Source: Candidatus Altiarchaeales archaeon ex4484_2
Lineage (GTDB): Archaea > Altiarchaeota > Altiarchaeia > IMC4 > QMZM01
NCBI GenBank assembly: GCA_002254565.1
Contig: NJEG01000001.1
Location: forward strand, 1 to 58,645
DNA length: 58,645 bases
Direction: 5' to 3'
This document shows positions 54,814-58,645 of the stretch, piece after piece (the first letter of the stretch is position 1; every line of letters starts with the position of its first letter). A model generated the notes under the pieces. The model worked only from the letters and a program-made list of their open reading frames with translations, was not told the origin of the DNA and did no database searches. The translations under genes were made by a program, and so were the position numbers.

Positions 54814-54898
54814 TTATTTTTACTTTAGATTTTTCTTTAGTATTTATACGACCTTTGCACATATTATAACAAATAAAATCTTTAGAGTATTTTATTGT

Positions 54899-57800
54899 AT
54901 GATGGATTTCAAAAAAACAATCCCCCCAACAACCCTAATACTCCTCCTGATAACACAAGCATCAGCCCTCAACACCTCAATCGAAGTCCAGACACTAATG
55001 TCCACCCTCCTGGAAAACGCCACACCCCTCGGTGAAACACCAACGACAACAGACCTAGCATTCCATAAATCATCCACGCAAGGTGGTTTACTAGGTGACC
55101 TCTCATTCAACGACTACATACACGGGGTGTATTTACTCGATTATGAACAGGATTCGGATATGTGGACCTCTAGTCGCTGCACATTCTACAACGACCACAT
55201 AAGATGCAATGCAGTGTGGGATTGGCCAACAAATAAAATTGCGGTATTAAAGAAGACTGTGCGTGGTCCGGCGAAACTGGAGTTTGAATGGACAGGTGGA
55301 GGTAGCGGAGACTACTCCCACATAAGTTTCTATATTGATGGGGTTCAAAAAATAAAAAAGACAACAGGCTTCGATTGGGAAACAGAGGTCTATGAAATAC
55401 CGGAGGGAATCCATGAATTAAAGTGGTATGCGTATTGTGGAGGATCTCATAGAGACAGATACTTCAAGGTTAAACCAAAAATAAACCCAACAGTTATTAC
55501 CTGGGATTCAGCGGGTGATAAAACAATTTACCTGAAGCTACCTAAAAACGCCGAAACCGTAAACTCCTTGATAGGTTTAAACGGGCCTTCAGCGAAGAAA
55601 CCAGATGATGTGTTCACCAAAAACCTGGGCTATTCCTGCATAGGTGAGGGAGACCATGGTGATTACGACTGCGAAGGTTGCGCTGGCTCTGACTTCTACC
55701 ACTTTCAGGTTCCGGGTAGTGAATCCAACCTAGCGAGATACACTATAACAACAACAGGATGCGGCGGCTCCGGAAGTAATAATGGAGAAGCAATCCAGAG
55801 AGTAGTCTGTCATACACCCTCTGGAGATGATGTTTATGAGAGAATCTATGGATATGATAGTTATTATGAGCGTTATAGGGAGCTGAAAAACACTGTGTGC
55901 GCAAAGACATTGAATCTGGTCTGTGATTCAATCGACGTTGAAGCATGGTGTAAAGGGTATGCTGACAGGTACTATGGCAGCTGTTCCGCTGGTAGCTGCG
56001 ATTCAAGAGCGGATTTTGATGTATCCTATGAGCTGTTGTTTCCAACTAATTTTTCTGTTGATGTTGGAGGGTGGGGAATTTATTCCAGATCAGGTGACTT
56101 CACAGGTTCAACGGTTTTATCTAATTTTTCTGAGCACGTTAATGATTACTTGAAAAATTGCTCCCCTGACGAGGGAGGCTACTGCATGGTCCCCCTAGTA
56201 TTCCACTCTGACTCCCCAGGGCAGGTGAAGGTTTCAGAGATAAACGTAGGCTACAAGAAGAAACCAGTTGAAGGAGAAGAACACATTTCTTTATACGCTT
56301 CCTGCACATCAAGAGATGATGATTGTACCAGTTATCAGGGGAACTCATTCAATCCAAGAAGATCCCCTGGGGAGTATCTGTTCGAAATCCACACCACAAT
56401 CAGCGGAGGAATTAGTCGCATAAACCCAACCAGATTCGGAAACTGGCTGGAGAGTTATAGGAGATACGAAATCACCTGCTATAAAATAGATGGTTCAACC
56501 CAAACATACACTTCTAGTGGAAACATAAATAGAACACAATATTATAAATGCACACACCTCAACTTCAAAGTAACAGCCCATGCCAACTCAGCAGGTGGTA
56601 GTGAGAGAACAATCTCAACAATCGAAGCTGAGATCAACATAAGATATAATGAATCAAATCAGTATCTGGTTTTCGGCTCCGAGCTGGTGGCTGGCGTAGA
56701 AAACAACGTATCAGCCACGATACGCAACTCCGGCTCAGCTACCGGATCATTTATTGCCTCCCTGCTGGTTGACGGTATACCTCAAGAGCATAAAATCATA
56801 AACCTCACAGAAGGTGAATCCCGTGATCTGGTGTTCAATTACACACCCCAAGCAGGCCAACATAACGTTTCTATCACAGCCAACCTCTTATCTGACGGCG
56901 TAACAGTCCAGGAACTATTCACCGGAAACAATATCATCTCCAGGTTGGTTACTGTGGAAGGCTCTGTTGTGGAATCCAAGCCAACAGATTCCGCAGCCTC
57001 CTTCGAGGATGTTCTGTTATCTGTTGCAGGTCAGCGCACGCTGGCCGTGGGCTGCAGCGTGAGTAGGCAGTGCTGGGATGGATTCCATGAAACAACCGAT
57101 GAATGCGTTGATGGGGTCTGCACACACTACTGCGAAGGCGGATGCTTCCCAGGATTCGACTACGCAGGAGAATACACCCTGAACCCCACCAACCTAGAGG
57201 AAGGCGATACTGTACCCGTATCAACTACAGTCTACAACAACGGGGAGCTGGACGCCAACAACTTCCTGGTGACCCTAGAGGATAATGGCAGGATAGTAGA
57301 TTACCGGATGATCTCCCTGGAAGACGGGGAAAACAGGGAGGTTGAGTTTTCCTGGACTGCCTCCCACGGAAGTCATGTGTTGTCCACCGTAATTGATCCA
57401 TTACCCGAACCAGATGGTGTGATACCCGAGTCTAGAGAGGATAATAATGTGATGTCGACTTCTATTGTTGTTAGAGATTCACCTGAAAAAACTGCTTTAA
57501 CTGATTTAGTCGCTTACTGGCCTATGGATGAAGGCTTAGGTAACTCAGTGAAGGACTACTCGGGTAACGGAAACCACGGCCTTGTTTCAGGCGCCTCCTG
57601 GACCGAGGGAGTATCAGATTCCGCTCTAAAATTCGACGGCATAGACGACTATGTCCTAGTGGACGATAAAGGAAACAGCTTCGGTAAGACGCTATGTAAT
57701 AATGGATGCAGTTTCTCGTTGTGGATAAAACCAGATAATCTAGACAGGAATCAGAGGATCCTCTCTCGCTACGATACAACAGGCCTTGACCGATTCTTCT

Positions 57801-58645
57801 GCATGTATATAAACGCAGGTGATTATTTCTTCTGGGTTAACGGAGACGGTGATATCACCAACATATCAGTATCTGCAACACACGGAGATTTTGCCTCTAC
57901 TGGCTGGCATCACCTGGTGGGGACATTCAACGGCTCCACCACCCAGGCTGGAGTAACCCAACTTTACGTGGACGGCAAACTCAAAGACACCTCCACAAAA
58001 TACATAACAATAAATGAAACAGCATGGCAGGATGATGAAACTGTTTTTCTTGGTGTTAGGGATGATAGCTCATATGTTGATTACCTAAACGGTTCAATTG
58101 ATGAAATCAGGATTTACAGCCGAGCCCTAAGTCCCACGGAGATAGAAGGCTTGTTTGGTTTACACAGGGGAGGTCCTCTTGTTGCCGCCTACTACCTGGA
58201 TGAAGGCTTTGGCTCGGTGGCCAACGACTCCTCCGGAAACGAGAACCATGGAATAATCCACGGAGCCAGCTGGGTTGATGGATTTTCAAATCACACCACC
58301 CTGAAACCAAGCAACAAGCTAACTCTTTCTGCATGGGTTAAGTTAGGTGAACCATTGGGTTCACAGGATAACTGGGCGGGCGTGTTCAGTAAATACGTTT
58401 CTGGAGCGGAGGGTTCAGGTTACTATCTGGAGATGAGGGGATACGATAACAGAACAGTCTGCGCTATGCGGGACGCATCCCACACCTACCACCAGGTCTA
58501 CGCTGTGGACGAGCCATTTGATCTGGGATGGCATCAGATAACCTGCACCTACAACGGATCCAGACAGATATTATACATTGATGGGGTGGAGAAAGCATCC
58601 GCCGAGTGGAGCGGGAACCTAAGCCATAATACCCTCCCCCTACGG
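54899..58645 (+). CDS. giant secreted surface protein (3' end outside window): Cys-rich N-region, 2 CARDB-like domains, at least 2 LamG/ConA-like lectin domains
   Basis: I read all 1249 codons from ATG 54899 to the last base line by line and found no in-frame stop. The signal peptide is MMDFKKTIPPTTLILLLITQASA. The CARDB-like segments are at about 56660-56955 and 57170-57475 (GVENNVSATIRNSGSATGSF...; EEGDTVPVSTTVYNNGELDANNF...). LamG_3-type segments start at about 57508 and 58165 (LVAYWPMDEGLGNSVKDYSGNGNHG...FDGIDDYV...GSIDEIRIYSRALSPTEIEGLF). It is absent from the ORF track because it lacks a stop in the window. Confidence 0.85.
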   Translation, partial: MMDFKKTIPPTTLILLLITQASALNTSIEVQTLMSTLLENATPLGETPTTTDLAFHKSSTQGGLLGDLSFNDYIHGVYLLDYEQDSDMWTSSRCTFYNDHIRCNAVWDWPTNKIAVLKKTVRGPAKLEFEWTGGGSGDYSHISFYIDGVQKIKKTTGFDWETEVYEIPEGIHELKWYAYCGGSHRDRYFKVKPKINPTVITWDSAGDKTIYLKLPKNAETVNSLIGLNGPSAKKPDDVFTKNLGYSCIGEGDHGDYDCEGCAGSDFYHFQVPGSESNLARYTITTTGCGGSGSNNGEAIQRVVCHTPSGDDVYERIYGYDSYYERYRELKNTVCAKTLNLVCDSIDVEAWCKGYADRYYGSCSAGSCDSRADFDVSYELLFPTNFSVDVGGWGIYSRSGDFTGSTVLSNFSEHVNDYLKNCSPDEGGYCMVPLVFHSDSPGQVKVSEINVGYKKKPVEGEEHISLYASCTSRDDDCTSYQGNSFNPRRSPGEYLFEIHTTISGGISRINPTRFGNWLESYRRYEITCYKIDGSTQTYTSSGNINRTQYYKCTHLNFKVTAHANSAGGSERTISTIEAEINIRYNESNQYLVFGSELVAGVENNVSATIRNSGSATGSFIASLLVDGIPQEHKIINLTEGESRDLVFNYTPQAGQHNVSITANLLSDGVTVQELFTGNNIISRLVTVEGSVVESKPTDSAASFEDVLLSVAGQRTLAVGCSVSRQCWDGFHETTDECVDGVCTHYCEGGCFPGFDYAGEYTLNPTNLEEGDTVPVSTTVYNNGELDANNFLVTLEDNGRIVDYRMISLEDGENREVEFSWTASHGSHVLSTVIDPLPEPDGVIPESREDNNVMSTSIVVRDSPEKTALTDLVAYWPMDEGLGNSVKDYSGNGNHGLVSGASWTEGVSDSALKFDGIDDYVLVDDKGNSFGKTLCNNGCSFSLWIKPDNLDRNQRILSRYDTTGLDRFFCMYINAGDYFFWVNGDGDITNISVSATHGDFASTGWHHLVGTFNGSTTQAGVTQLYVDGKLKDTSTKYITINETAWQDDETVFLGVRDDSSYVDYLNGSIDEIRIYSRALSPTEIEGLFGLHRGGPLVAAYYLDEGFGSVANDSSGNENHGIIHGASWVDGFSNHTTLKPSNKLTLSAWVKLGEPLGSQDNWAGVFSKYVSGAEGSGYYLEMRGYDNRTVCAMRDASHTYHQVYAVDEPFDLGWHQITCTYNGSRQILYIDGVEKASAEWSGNLSHNTLPLR

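Noticed and set aside
55923-56153. Short ORFs listed in the track within 54892-58334. These include 55923-56153 (+), 54892-55110 (-), 55743-56045 (-), 56949-57224 (-) and 57522-57779 (-).
   Set aside because: All are embedded in, or antisense to, the uninterrupted 1249-codon frame that starts at 54899 and has clear domain content.
1-58645. Search by eye of all intergenic gaps for tRNA, rRNA, RNase P/SRP RNA, integrases, transposases and prophage or plasmid genes.
   Set aside because: None was recognised. The gaps are short, AT-rich and promoter-like. Small ncRNAs cannot be excluded without covariance-model scans (tRNAscan-SE, Infernal).

Overview
This is a compact archaeal chromosomal fragment of about 60 genes, many with 1-10 nt overlaps. 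The archaeal assignment rests on Orc1/Cdc6, FEN-1, exosome Csl4, XPD, a GHMP-type shikimate kinase, a FlaI-type ATPase and the COG1900 homocysteine pathway. All family calls come from motif recognition in the translations; no searches were run.

Housekeeping content:
- Central and amino-acid metabolism: pckG, argG, argH, pyrBI, leuC/hacA-like, an IPMDH-like gene, dapF and a class II HMG-CoA reductase.
- SAM-cycle salvage: ahcY, mtaD and an MTAP-like gene.
- Sulfide-dependent homocysteine synthesis: the COG1900 + NIL-ferredoxin + UPF0280 triad next to a CoA-disulfide-reductase-like gene.

Accessory or unusual content:
1. A KaiC-centred signalling island at 26.3-31.4 kb. It holds a two-domain KaiC, an output-less Cache/HAMP receptor, a decayed FIST-TM-HAMP sensor and two P-loop-less KaiC/DUF835-like paralogues.
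2. A second KaiC-like + membrane DUF835 module at 46.9-48.8 kb.
3. A minus-strand operon at 3.4-10.5 kb. An orphan FlaI/VirB11-type ATPase has no platform or pilin genes and sits with a coiled-coil protein, a DUF4388-like/wHTH protein and two secreted CPHC thioredoxin-fold membrane proteins, one fused to a CcdA/DsbD-like domain.
4. Several Ser/Thr-linker and Cys-rich secreted proteins.
5. A surface-protein gene split by a perfect 34-bp tandem duplication.
6. An ORF of at least 1249 codons (54899 to the window end; CARDB and LamG domains) that the supplied ORF track omits because it has no stop in the window.

No rRNA, tRNA, CRISPR array or clear mobile element was recognised.
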